A stretch of DNA of 64,000 nucleotides from an uncultured Myxococcales bacterium (GTDB taxonomy: Bacteria > Myxococcota > UBA4151), in contig CAXGWI010000004.1 in the NCBI GenBank assembly GCA_964013405.1, positions 14,101 to 78,100 on the forward strand, in the 5' to 3' direction. The translations under genes were made by a program, and so were the position numbers. The notes under the pieces are model-generated. The model ran no database searches. It had not been told where the DNA came from and saw nothing but the letters and a program-made list of their open reading frames with translations. The stretch's first letter is position 1; every line of letters starts with the position of its first letter. Of the stretch, positions 35,201 to 43,693 are shown one piece after another.

Positions 35201-35382
35201 CGCCCGGCGACACCGAGGCTTGGCATCAAGCGCGCCAGGTATGGTGGAACTACCGGAATCGACCCCATCTGCGCCGTTGTCTTGGCCCAGACGCAGCTTT
35301 TCCTGGCGAGCGCCAGGACTGGTTCGAGCGTTTGGTCACGGAGGCATTTTTGCCCGCTTACTTGGATATGGAGGGCCCATGA
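32257..35382 (+). CDS. recC: Exodeoxyribonuclease V subunit gamma
   Basis: SNRMDVL, ELVIVPN.GLGRWL, HPLLASWG, CHGALREVEVL.DQIL, L.PLRAVPF and HPLQPFDP. Coupled to recB. Confidence 0.9.
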   Translation: MIHLISSNRMDVLRQTLVELLREPVGGPLDHELVIVPNRGLGRWLEMGLAADQGICAQTRLAFPRRLICQILDSALGPDRAQDAYQPEAMAWALYGLIPRWLAQGRGDELADYWQANPSPASRFALCRELARIYDLAIIYRPQNVVKWGQAPQDWPEDLFGALARQLGPEAHLAARIQHYLNGGYEARLPQRLSLFGLGCLPPAFIGLIHEAARRQGCFVYQFQLNPSSGLFVDATTARQQHHLLHGEGLLEAEAHLTTVHPLLASWGGLARAQQRQQIALSFDDERPLYYPAEGEGTLPRLQRDLCDLVDRFERPRGQPPRAGDHSLRIHRCHGALREVEVLKDQILDLLERQADLEPQDIAVLSTDPKTYGPLIQAVFAPELFVSTADLSQADGDDLAQAVGQALEVAQGGLELDSVVDLLNLEVLQRHWRLQGGRVGDLAQLLQRAGIEGARDGLHRAQMSQAGGDARTWKEGLERLALGLAMPSGFDQVVQDRLPVDPGGPEALEQVVGILDALFELQRCLQTEGTVVAGMGALEAALVGLLGPRVERELGSSFDQLTQSAQWAGEVSLPVHLLAQGLQELLDQEAEGGQFLAGGVTVSGLQPLRAVPFQAIYVLGLGASEQPFPRPALGGDLKQRILGPSRPGDRDRRQEDLDLFLQLLLSARRELGLFVSSVSVDDGSEAPVSVVVDQLLDLVVADACAPDAGIDVQASRDELWRHWVIDHPLQPFDPRAFSRQETGGSFAQIYRHEARQKPFGWAGCSAPEEIDLTRLASWFYDSLSEALDTDLGLRLRPWLRANPEPTQQALPARTRHQLVLRLLEDPDKNQAWLEASGQLTPGHLGLFQAGEVLKLVEACPVPPIRPGPPLVVDLSLAGRQLVGRLPAEAMWIEPQAKGPAFGAWLQHLVRQVMVGPTETRVLFNASGKSPWKELTLPAAAADDARDRLEALVKLYCEGMKQGWVFVGEVASAFAAVRAQATTPGDTEAWHQARQVWWNYRNRPHLRRCLGPDAAFPGERQDWFERLVTEAFLPAYLDMEGP

Positions 35383-38300
35383 GCGATCCATTCCAGATGC
35401 CGCTGCGGGGGCTGCACTTGCTCGAAGCCAGTGCGGGGACCGGCAAGACATGGACTTTGATGGTGCTCTATTTGCGCCAGGTTCTTGAGCGCGCCTTGAT
35501 GCCGGACAAGATTCTCGCGGTCACCTTCACGAACGCGTCGGCTGCGGAACTTCGGCGACGGATTCGTGCGGTCCTCAGCGATGCGGAGGCCACGTTCAGG
35601 GCTGGGCGACCCATTGCGGTGACCGGTGTGACCGACGAGAGCCTCCTTGAGGCCATGCTGAATCATTACACTGGCGAGGAACTTCGGCGGGAAAATCGAT
35701 CGTTGTTGCGGGCGGCTTTATCGGGTTTCGACCGGGCCCGGATTGAAACGATTCATGGTTTTTGTCAGCGCGTATTGGGCGATCTGGCCTTTGGGACGGC
35801 GACGGATTACGCCTCCGTCTTAACCGACGAAAACGATGGGACTCGTCGGCAATGGCTGCGTCACTGGTTTCAGGCCCGCCTCGACAAGGAGTCCGTGCCC
35901 GCGGCTCAACGGCTGCAGGCCCGGTTCGTCAAAGGGGGCAAGGCCACCGACTTTGAACTCAAGTTACTCGATGGACTGGCCGCCCTTGCCGACGCTCGGC
36001 CCCAGGACCTCCAGGTGCTTCCAGCCCCCGTTGGGCGGCCGGACTTCGAGGGCGCCGAAGCAGCGTATCGCGAGGCTGGAGCCACCTGGCTTGCCGCGTG
36101 GCAGGAGTTCCGCGGGGCGGTTCGGGAACAGGTTCAACTGGATCCGGTTGGTTTCAAAAGCTCCCAGCACCGTAGCGACTCGGTGGCGAAGGCATTCGCC
36201 GCTTGGGATGCTTGGACAGATGATGTGGGGCAACCTAAGTGGCTCGAACGTTTTGTGCCCGAGGTGTTGGCCACCGCATGGCAGGGAGATCCCGCATTCC
36301 TTGCCCAGCCGTTCTGGGGTGCCTGTGAAGGTTTTTTGGCCAAAATCCACGCTTTCGAGGGGGCCAGAGCCCAACTGGAGATCCACCTGCAGCAAGAGCT
36401 GATTGGGGCGGCTCGGATCCAACTTCGACAGGATCGCTTGGCCCGGGGGGAGTTGAGTTTCGACGACCTGCTTCAAAACCTCCGGTCAGCCGTTGAAAGT
36501 CCCGCCTTCGCAGCGAGCTTAGCGGAACAACTACCGGTCATGCTGATCGATGAGTTTCAGGATACCGATCCGGTCCAATGGTCGATTTTTTCCACGCTGT
36601 TCCGGGCCGGCAAGGGTGAGCAGTCACTGTATCTCGTCGGCGACCCAAAACAGGCCATCTACTCATTTCGCAACGCCGATCTACACACCTACCTTACCGC
36701 AGCGGAAAGCGAAGGGGTCGAGGGGCACTATCTCGCGACGAATTACCGCTCGGAGCCCGAACTCGTCGACGCCATCAACAGCCTATACCTTGCCCAGGAG
36801 CTTCCCTTTGTGTTGCCCCAGATCGAGTTTCACCCAGTGGCCGCAGGCCGGAAGAAGTCGCTGGGGTTGCCGGGGGCGCCGTTGACCTTGTGCTTGGTGG
36901 ATCGCAAGGGTGAGAAAGTCATGACGACGGAGGTGCTTCGGCAGGCTATCGCAGAGGACGTTGCGACCCAGATACGCACCCTGATCGCCGGCGGCCTGCC
37001 GGCCGACCGAATCGCGGTGCTGGTGCGAAAAGGGGAAGAAGCGCAGGTCGTTATCTCCGTCTTGCGACGCCATGGTGTCCCAGCGGTGATCGCAGCCCAA
37101 GAGCCGCTGTATCAGAGTCCGATCGCAGGGGAACTCCTGTTGCTGCTGCGTGCCTTGCTCCGCTTGGATGACCGCCGGGCGATGGTCTCAGCCATGGGCA
37201 CCTGTTTGTTGGGTTATACGGCCGAGGAGATTCGTGCAGCCACCGAAGTTGAATCCTGCCTCGCCGATGTGAGAGAGCGCTTTGCTCGCTGGTATGGCAT
37301 CTGGCGGCGCTGGGGTGCGTTTCCCATGCTCCAAAGCCTCCTTCAGGAATGCCAAGTCCCCAGTCGATTGCTCGCAGAGCAAGAGGGCCAACGGGCGTTG
37401 ACGAATCTCAGACAGCTCATGGAGTTGCTTCACTCGGAGCAGCGCCGCGTCAGTGCGTCGCCCGCTGTACTTCTCGCTTGGTACGAAGAGCGCATACGGC
37501 GAGACGGGCGCGAGGAGCGTCGACTCGCGACCGAAGCTGACGCCGTCGAAGTGGTCACGGTCCATAAAGCGAAAGGCTTACAGTGGGATGTGGTCTTCTG
37601 TTCATTCCTGTGGAGCCAAAGGCGCCAGGAGTCGAAAGATCTGATTCGCTTTCATCGTCCCGGGCATGGGCTGAGTTTGCAGTTGGTGGCGAAGCCGGTC
37701 TCGGAAGCAGAAGTTGCGGCCCAAAAAGCAGCTATAGATCAGCGCAACACAGAGGCCGAAGCAGAGCAGGCCAGACTGCTTTACGTGGCCTTAACTCGGG
37801 CGAGGGAGCGCTGCATCGTTCATCTGGGGGCCCTGCACGAAATGGCCAAGAAAATGGCCTATCGCTTCTTCGCACCCGGTTATGCGCCAGTCGCACTGAG
37901 CAAGATGAGCGACGAACAGTTGGCTGGTGCTTTACTGGCCGTACCCGGCCGTATTGAAGTCATTCGCCGTCCCCATCCCGAGCGCTTGCGATCTCCCCTC
38001 AGTCCGGTGGTCGGTCGGGTGATGACCATGGAGCCGGTACGGCAACGCAACCGGACGGCGATTCGTCAGTGGCGGCGCTTGAGTTACAGCGGCCTCGCCC
38101 GGGATCTGGAGAAGGTCGACCACCAGGAGGTCAGCTTGGAATCGGTACAGGGGTCATCCGTGCCCCTTGCGGCGTTTCCAAAGGGGGCCCGGATCGGCGA
38201 CTTTTTTCACATGCTTTTCGAGCACCACCTTCAAGGCTCGTTGGAGGTGGATGAGCTGGAACAGATGCTGCGTCGGCATGGGCTTGCCGGGGCGATGGCG

Positions 38301-38885
38301 CTGGACGAACTCGCGGCGATTTTCGATCGCTTGCGAACGACCCCCGTCTCGGGGCCGAACAGCCTGGCGACCTTGACGGCAGAGGGACAACTTCCCGAAG
38401 CCTCCTTCCTTCTTCCGTTGGTGCCCGGTTTTCGCCCGCACAACTTAGCTGAGGCCATCGAGCATCATGGTGGTGCCGAATGGTCGGACTATGGCCGGCG
38501 GTTGGGGGCCCTCAGCACGGAGCAACTCTCCGGGTTTCTGACGGGATCGATCGATCTGGTGTACCGCCACGAGGGGCGCTGGGGCCTGGTCGATTACAAG
38601 TCCAATCATCTCGGTGATTACCGCCAAAACTACAGTACCGACTCCATGGCTCGAGTGATGGCCGAGCATCACTATTCACTGCAGGGGCTGATCTATTCGG
38701 TTGCCGTGTTGCGGATGATTCGGCGCAAAGAGCCGGAAGTGGACCCCTTGGAGGTTTTTGATGGGGCTCGATTCTTCTTTCTGCGGGGGGCCGATGAGCC
38801 CGGGTATGGTGTGTATCAACTCCCCATAAACAAAGAGCTCCTCCTTGCCCTCGATCAATGTTTCGCTCCGGGGGCCCAGAGATGA
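35379..38885 (+). CDS. recB: Exodeoxyribonuclease V subunit beta
   Basis: LEASAGTGKT, VTFTNA, TIHGFC, IDEFQDTD, GDPKQAIYSFR, TVHKAKGLQW and YVALTRA; nuclease motif GSIDLV..VDYKSN. ATGA overlap with recC. Confidence 0.93.
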   Translation: MSDPFQMPLRGLHLLEASAGTGKTWTLMVLYLRQVLERALMPDKILAVTFTNASAAELRRRIRAVLSDAEATFRAGRPIAVTGVTDESLLEAMLNHYTGEELRRENRSLLRAALSGFDRARIETIHGFCQRVLGDLAFGTATDYASVLTDENDGTRRQWLRHWFQARLDKESVPAAQRLQARFVKGGKATDFELKLLDGLAALADARPQDLQVLPAPVGRPDFEGAEAAYREAGATWLAAWQEFRGAVREQVQLDPVGFKSSQHRSDSVAKAFAAWDAWTDDVGQPKWLERFVPEVLATAWQGDPAFLAQPFWGACEGFLAKIHAFEGARAQLEIHLQQELIGAARIQLRQDRLARGELSFDDLLQNLRSAVESPAFAASLAEQLPVMLIDEFQDTDPVQWSIFSTLFRAGKGEQSLYLVGDPKQAIYSFRNADLHTYLTAAESEGVEGHYLATNYRSEPELVDAINSLYLAQELPFVLPQIEFHPVAAGRKKSLGLPGAPLTLCLVDRKGEKVMTTEVLRQAIAEDVATQIRTLIAGGLPADRIAVLVRKGEEAQVVISVLRRHGVPAVIAAQEPLYQSPIAGELLLLLRALLRLDDRRAMVSAMGTCLLGYTAEEIRAATEVESCLADVRERFARWYGIWRRWGAFPMLQSLLQECQVPSRLLAEQEGQRALTNLRQLMELLHSEQRRVSASPAVLLAWYEERIRRDGREERRLATEADAVEVVTVHKAKGLQWDVVFCSFLWSQRRQESKDLIRFHRPGHGLSLQLVAKPVSEAEVAAQKAAIDQRNTEAEAEQARLLYVALTRARERCIVHLGALHEMAKKMAYRFFAPGYAPVALSKMSDEQLAGALLAVPGRIEVIRRPHPERLRSPLSPVVGRVMTMEPVRQRNRTAIRQWRRLSYSGLARDLEKVDHQEVSLESVQGSSVPLAAFPKGARIGDFFHMLFEHHLQGSLEVDELEQMLRRHGLAGAMALDELAAIFDRLRTTPVSGPNSLATLTAEGQLPEASFLLPLVPGFRPHNLAEAIEHHGGAEWSDYGRRLGALSTEQLSGFLTGSIDLVYRHEGRWGLVDYKSNHLGDYRQNYSTDSMARVMAEHHYSLQGLIYSVAVLRMIRRKEPEVDPLEVFDGARFFFLRGADEPGYGVYQLPINKELLLALDQCFAPGAQR

Positions 38886-40348
38886 GACCAAGAGGGGATC
38901 ATGGCTTTGATCGCCTGCTTCTTGCGGGGATTGAAGGGGGTCATCCGCTGCCCGGGGAATTGGCTGGATCGGTCCGATCGCTTGCGGGCGCATTGAGGGA
39001 TGGGGAGGTCAGCATTCCCCTTCCAAGCCTCGAGGGGGTTCCATTGGCCGAGGATCCACGCTTGGCTTGGAACCCGCCGATCACTCAAGGCATCGAACGG
39101 CCCCTGGTGGTTCATTCCGGTCGTCTCTACCTCGGTCGTTACTTTGAAGACATGCGTCGCTTGGCCTTGGCGATCAAAAGACGCCGGGCCACCGAGCCGG
39201 AAGCCCAGTGGCAGCCGCCGGATGGGGTTTTCGATGGTCTTTCACCGGGGCAGGCAGAAGCACTGAACTTGGCCTGTCGCCATGCCATCACTTTTGTGAC
39301 CGGTGGGCCGGGAACCGGAAAGACCCACGTGATCCAAAGCTTGGTCGACTCGATGGCACCGGGGCACCAGGCACTGCTTTTGGCACCCACGGGCAAGGCG
39401 GCCGGACGACTCCCGGTTTCGGAGCGGGTTCAAGTTCGCACCATCCATAAAGCATTAGGGCTCTATCCGGGCGGGCGGCATGGACCGAAGTTTCACCCCG
39501 ACCGGCCCTTCGATGCCGAACTTGTGGTCGTCGATGAGGTGAGCATGGTCGGCTTAACGCTGCTGCGCCAGCTAGTCGAAGCCGTTGGGCCGAAGGCTCG
39601 TCTGGTGCTCGTGGGGGACAAGGATCAATTGCAGAGTGTGGCTGCGGGTTCAGTCCTCGGCCCCCTACTCCAACGGGCCGCTTCGACATCGGCCGATGCC
39701 CCGAAGGTGGTGCCGGTGGCCAGGCTCCAGACCTCCTTTCGCTTCGGCGGGGCTCTGGCAGCCCTGGCTGCTGCCGCTGCCGATGGGGACGAAGCTGCCT
39801 TCTTCTCCCTGCTTGAGTCCGGCGAGCCAGGGGTCAAATGGGTCGATTATGCCGATCCAAGCGCCCTGCGTTCGAGCCTACGCTTGGGACAGGGGCAAGT
39901 GCTTTGCGCTCATCGCCACGGCCCCATCGGTAGCGAGCAACTCAATGGCTTGATCGCTGCGCAGGCGGACCATGGAGACCGGCCGATCATCATTCGTCGC
40001 AATGATGAGGAACTGGGTCTTTTTAACGGTGATATCGGTGTCTTGTCCGGTGAGGAGGCTTCGTTTTCTGGGCGCACTCTTCCCCGGTCTGTCCTGCCTT
40101 TTTACGAGTCGGCCTTCGCCCTCACGATTCATCAAAGCCAAGGCAGCGAGTTCGATTTCATTCGCGTGGTGCTGCCGTCCGTCGACAGCCCATTACTGAG
40201 TCGGGAACTCCTCTATACGGCCATGACTCGGGCTCGGGAGGGGCTGACTCTCTATGGGTCTCGAGAAAGTCTGAAGACGTGTTTGCACCGGCCGAGTAGT
40301 TCGGCTCCCGGCCTGCTCGATTTGCTCGACGAGCTAGACGGTTTTTGA
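38882..40348 (+). CDS. recD: Exodeoxyribonuclease V subunit alpha
   Basis: RLYL.RY, TGGPGTGKT, APTGKAA, TIHKAL, VDEVSM, GDKDQL, FNGDIG, TIHQSQGSEF and RELLYTAMTRA. Confidence 0.9.
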   Translation: MRPRGDHGFDRLLLAGIEGGHPLPGELAGSVRSLAGALRDGEVSIPLPSLEGVPLAEDPRLAWNPPITQGIERPLVVHSGRLYLGRYFEDMRRLALAIKRRRATEPEAQWQPPDGVFDGLSPGQAEALNLACRHAITFVTGGPGTGKTHVIQSLVDSMAPGHQALLLAPTGKAAGRLPVSERVQVRTIHKALGLYPGGRHGPKFHPDRPFDAELVVVDEVSMVGLTLLRQLVEAVGPKARLVLVGDKDQLQSVAAGSVLGPLLQRAASTSADAPKVVPVARLQTSFRFGGALAALAAAAADGDEAAFFSLLESGEPGVKWVDYADPSALRSSLRLGQGQVLCAHRHGPIGSEQLNGLIAAQADHGDRPIIIRRNDEELGLFNGDIGVLSGEEASFSGRTLPRSVLPFYESAFALTIHQSQGSEFDFIRVVLPSVDSPLLSRELLYTAMTRAREGLTLYGSRESLKTCLHRPSSSAPGLLDLLDELDGF

Positions 40349-40420
40349 AACCCGAGTAGGCAGCGGTGAGTCAGGAAAGCACTCTATTTATGGGACTTTT
40401 TTCGTTGGGTCGGTGTTATT

Positions 40421-40439
40421 GAAAATGAGAATCATAACC
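40421..40439 (+). promoter_or_regulatory. Fur-box-like site upstream of bacterioferritin
   Basis: GAAAATGAGAATCATAACC matches the consensus GATAATGATAATCATTATC at 15 of 19 positions, in an AT-rich island. Confidence 0.7.
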
Positions 40440-40521
40440 ATCTAGGTTATTGAAAATACTCATAATTACCTTGACCCGAAAGCTCTGCGGGGCTAGGTGT
40501 TCAATAGAGCAGGAGACGACC

Positions 40522-40995
40522 ATGGATCGAGCAAACCCCAAGGTGATCGAGTTGTTGAACGAGGTTCTCACCGCGGAGTTGACTGCGATTAACCAGTACT
40601 TCATTCACGCCAAGATGCTGGACAACTGGGGCTACAAACGTTTGGCCGGCAAAGTCCGCCACGAGTCCATCGACGAGATGAAGCATGCGGACGAGCTGAT
40701 CGAGCGCATCCTGTACTTGGGTGGGATTCCCAATATGCAGCGGCTCTGGAAGATCAATGTGGGTGAGACGGTGCCTGAGCAGTTTGCCTGCGATAAAGCG
40801 CTTGAGGTTGCCGCTATCCCCCGACTGAATGCCGGGATCGAGTGTTGTCGTGAGGTTGGTGACAACGGTACCAGAGTCCTTCTAGAGTCGATTCTGATTT
40901 CGGAAGAAGAGCATCTGGACTGGCTAGAGGCGCAGCTTGAGATGATCGAGGCCTTGGGGCTTGGCAATTACCTCGCCCAGCAGATGCACGAGTAA
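40522..40995 (+). CDS. bfr: Bacterioferritin
   Basis: [33 protein letters not shown] and [15 protein letters not shown] ribosome-binding site. Confidence 0.96.
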   Translation: MDRANPKVIELLNEVLTAELTAINQYFIHAKMLDNWGYKRLAGKVRHESIDEMKHADELIERILYLGGIPNMQRLWKINVGETVPEQFACDKALEVAAIPRLNAGIECCREVGDNGTRVLLESILISEEEHLDWLEAQLEMIEALGLGNYLAQQMHE

Positions 40996-41047
40996 TCCGC
41001 GTTTTCACCGACTGGCGCCCCTTTCTTTTGCGCGCTAGATTCTCCCC

Positions 41048-42544
41048 ATGAGAACGACCTCCTTCTTCATCCTGTTGTTGGGCTTCACCGCGTGTAGCCC
41101 AACGGTACCAGCCCCACCGCTGCAGCTCGATGGGGCTGTAGTTTTCGTTGACGATGCTGGGGTACCGGAAGATGGTGGATCGGCCGAAACCGATACGGGC
41201 TTCGTCGTTCGGGACGCTGGAAGTGTTCCTCGCGACGGGGGGCAGTCCCCGGCCGACACGGGTGGGGAAAGCGCCCAAGACAGCGGCTCCCCTCAAGACA
41301 GCGGTCTCGTGATCGTCCGCCCCGATGGCGGGGCGCCGGTCTTGGATGCTTCGCCTGCATCCCCCGATGGGGGTGACCAGGTGGCCGATGGGGGACAACC
41401 GGAGCCCGAAGACGATCACGGCGACCGTTTAGAGGACGGCACGGAGTTGGGCGACCGGCGGGAAGCCGATGGGGTGATCGACCGGCGTGGAGATGTGGAT
41501 TACTTTATCTTCGTCACCGCTGAAGCAGGTCGCTACCAAATCTTTACGACGGGCAATTCGGACACCATGTGCGCCCTCTTCACCATTGAAGGGCAACTGT
41601 TGGATGAGAACGATGACGCTGGCGAGGGCTTTAACTGCCGAATCGAAGCAAATCTCGAGGCCAATCAAAGATATGGGGTTCGGGTGAGCCTTTGGGCTGG
41701 GGGAAGAAACCAGCCTCGGCCCTATCGGCTTCACATCGTTGGTCCTCCCCCGCCGCCGGCCGTGTGTGGCGATGGCGAGGTTGAAGGGGCAGAGGAATGC
41801 GACGACGGCAATGAGGATGCGACGGATGCCTGTCTCGACTGCCGCCGGGCCCGGTGTGGCGACGGCGTCATGCGCCTCGATCTGCAGCCGGGGCAGCCGG
41901 GCCATGAGTTCTGTGATGATGGCAATGATGATGCCGGGGATGCCTGTACATCGGAATGTGCGATTCCCCGTTGCGGCGATGGTCACGTTTGGCGCGGTGT
42001 CGAGGAATGTGATGATGGCAACGAGATCGATGACGACGGCTGTCGACTCACCTGTCGAGTGGCCCGTTGTGGCGACGGCGTCGTCTTCGCTGGTGTCGAA
42101 GAGTGCGATGATGGCAACCAGATTGGCGGTGATGGCTGTGGTGTCCGCTGTGATGCTGAGACGGTGCCGGCCGATTGCGAAGCGGTGCAGGGGAGAAACC
42201 GGGCCACGATCTATTGCCGAACCCCCCGTCGGACCTGGCCCGGCGCAGAAGCATTCTGTGTCGAGTGGGGGGGGCACTTGATCACCGTCGACAACGACGC
42301 GGACCAGCGTCGCTTGGCAGCCTATGTTTGGCGTGGCGATGACGTCTGGATTGGCCTGAACGACCGGGAGGAAGAGGGTGAGTTCGTCTGGGCTGGTCGC
42401 AACAGTGGTTTCCGGAATTGGTCCAACAACGAGCCGAACAATTCGGGGAACCGGGAAGACTGTGCCCATCTTTGGCGCCAGGCCTGGGGGGCTTGGAATG
42501 ATGCCAACTGTGAAGCGAGTTTTGCCTTCTTCTGCGAACGTTAG
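41048..42544 (+). CDS. Lipoprotein: PPC-like domain, four Myxococcus Cys-rich (DUF4215-type) repeats and a C-type lectin domain
   Basis: Lipobox FTA-C, DDHGD..GDVDYFIF..ENDD and CGDG..EECDDGN repeats. Lectin motifs W..AE.FC...GGHL, WIGLND, EPNN, EDC and WND. Confidence 0.85.
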   Translation: MRTTSFFILLLGFTACSPTVPAPPLQLDGAVVFVDDAGVPEDGGSAETDTGFVVRDAGSVPRDGGQSPADTGGESAQDSGSPQDSGLVIVRPDGGAPVLDASPASPDGGDQVADGGQPEPEDDHGDRLEDGTELGDRREADGVIDRRGDVDYFIFVTAEAGRYQIFTTGNSDTMCALFTIEGQLLDENDDAGEGFNCRIEANLEANQRYGVRVSLWAGGRNQPRPYRLHIVGPPPPPAVCGDGEVEGAEECDDGNEDATDACLDCRRARCGDGVMRLDLQPGQPGHEFCDDGNDDAGDACTSECAIPRCGDGHVWRGVEECDDGNEIDDDGCRLTCRVARCGDGVVFAGVEECDDGNQIGGDGCGVRCDAETVPADCEAVQGRNRATIYCRTPRRTWPGAEAFCVEWGGHLITVDNDADQRRLAAYVWRGDDVWIGLNDREEEGEFVWAGRNSGFRNWSNNEPNNSGNREDCAHLWRQAWGAWNDANCEASFAFFCER

Positions 42545-42554
42545 CGCAAGGGCC

Positions 42555-42848
42555 CTAGTCCACGGGCTTGAGTGTCATATCGCTTTGGGCCCGCATCACA
42601 CAGGCGAGACGTAAACCCTGGCGGTCGGGCCAGACCACATCCAGAGTTTCTCGTTCGCCCTCATCCGGCGACTCCAAGGGCCCAGAGCTTTCGAGGACTT
42701 CAACGGCACAGGTACCGCACAGGCCACTGCGACAGCCAAAGGCCACTGGGCTCCCTGGGTGATCGAGCACCAGGTTGAGCCAAGTGCCCAGCTCGGCATC
42801 AAGGGGTTCGTAGCCATCGCAGGCAAAGGAGATGGTCACAGTCTTCAT
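42555..42848 (-). CDS. 2Fe-2S ferredoxin
   Basis: FGCRSGLCGTC and RLAC. Confidence 0.9.
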   Translation of the reverse strand: MKTVTISFACDGYEPLDAELGTWLNLVLDHPGSPVAFGCRSGLCGTCAVEVLESSGPLESPDEGERETLDVVWPDRQGLRLACVMRAQSDMTLKPVD

Positions 42849-43693
42849 GGAGATCTCCCACCGCTGACACGTTCCCGCTGCCCCAGGTCTCGGCGGGTGT
42901 CGATGTCTTTAAAGCCAGCCTCGTCGAGCAACGCCCGGACCGCCGCACCCTGTTCGTGACCATGCTCCATGAGAAGCCAGGTTCCGGTGGTGCAGCGAGC
43001 TAGACTCTCCTGGGCGATTCGCCGCAGCACGTCGAGCCCTTCTCCAGTGGCAAAGAGGGCCAGCTCGGGCTCGTACTGGCGCACCTCCGGATCCAATTGG
43101 CTGGCTTCGGATTCGGCCACGTACGGAGGGTTGGCAACGATGAGGTCAAAGGGTCCATCGAGTCCGGCGAACAGATCGCCTTGCTCAAGGTGCACGCGGG
43201 CCATAAAGCCGAGCGCGTCGAGATTCTCTCGGGCCAGTGCGAGCGCGCTTGGCGAGAGTTCAGTGGCTGCCAACTGCCAGTTCGGCCGTTCGCTTGCGAG
43301 GGCTGCGATGATACAGCCGCTGCCGGTGCAAAGATCAATGACTCGTGCCTCGTCCGGAGTCTCGATCTCGAGGGCCCACTCCACCAGAGTCTCCGTATCC
43401 GCTCTGGGGGTGAGGACTTGGTCGCTGACCTTGAACTCCAGCGTCCAGAAGCCCTTCTTTTCGAGGATCTGGGCCAGGGGTTGCCGGCGGCCGCGGGCTG
43501 CCAGCAAGGGGCGGAATCGGGCCAACTCCGTCTCTTGAAGAGGCCGGTCTGTTTCCAGGTAGAGTTGCAATCGTTCCATGCCGAGGGCCGCGGCCAGCAG
43601 GCTGCCCGCATCGACCCGGGGCTGGTCGACACCGCGCCGGGCGAGCCAGGCCTCGCTGCTTTTGAGCACGCTGCCTATGGTTTCAGCCGTCAC
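42845..43693 (-). CDS. prmC: Release factor glutamine methyltransferase
   Basis: VLTPRADTETLVE, DLCTGSGCI, ANPPYV, EPELALF and EHG..QG. GTG 43693 in a GTGA overlap. Confidence 0.92.
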   Translation of the reverse strand: MTAETIGSVLKSSEAWLARRGVDQPRVDAGSLLAAALGMERLQLYLETDRPLQETELARFRPLLAARGRRQPLAQILEKKGFWTLEFKVSDQVLTPRADTETLVEWALEIETPDEARVIDLCTGSGCIIAALASERPNWQLAATELSPSALALARENLDALGFMARVHLEQGDLFAGLDGPFDLIVANPPYVAESEASQLDPEVRQYEPELALFATGEGLDVLRRIAQESLARCTTGTWLLMEHGHEQGAAVRALLDEAGFKDIDTRRDLGQRERVSGGRSP

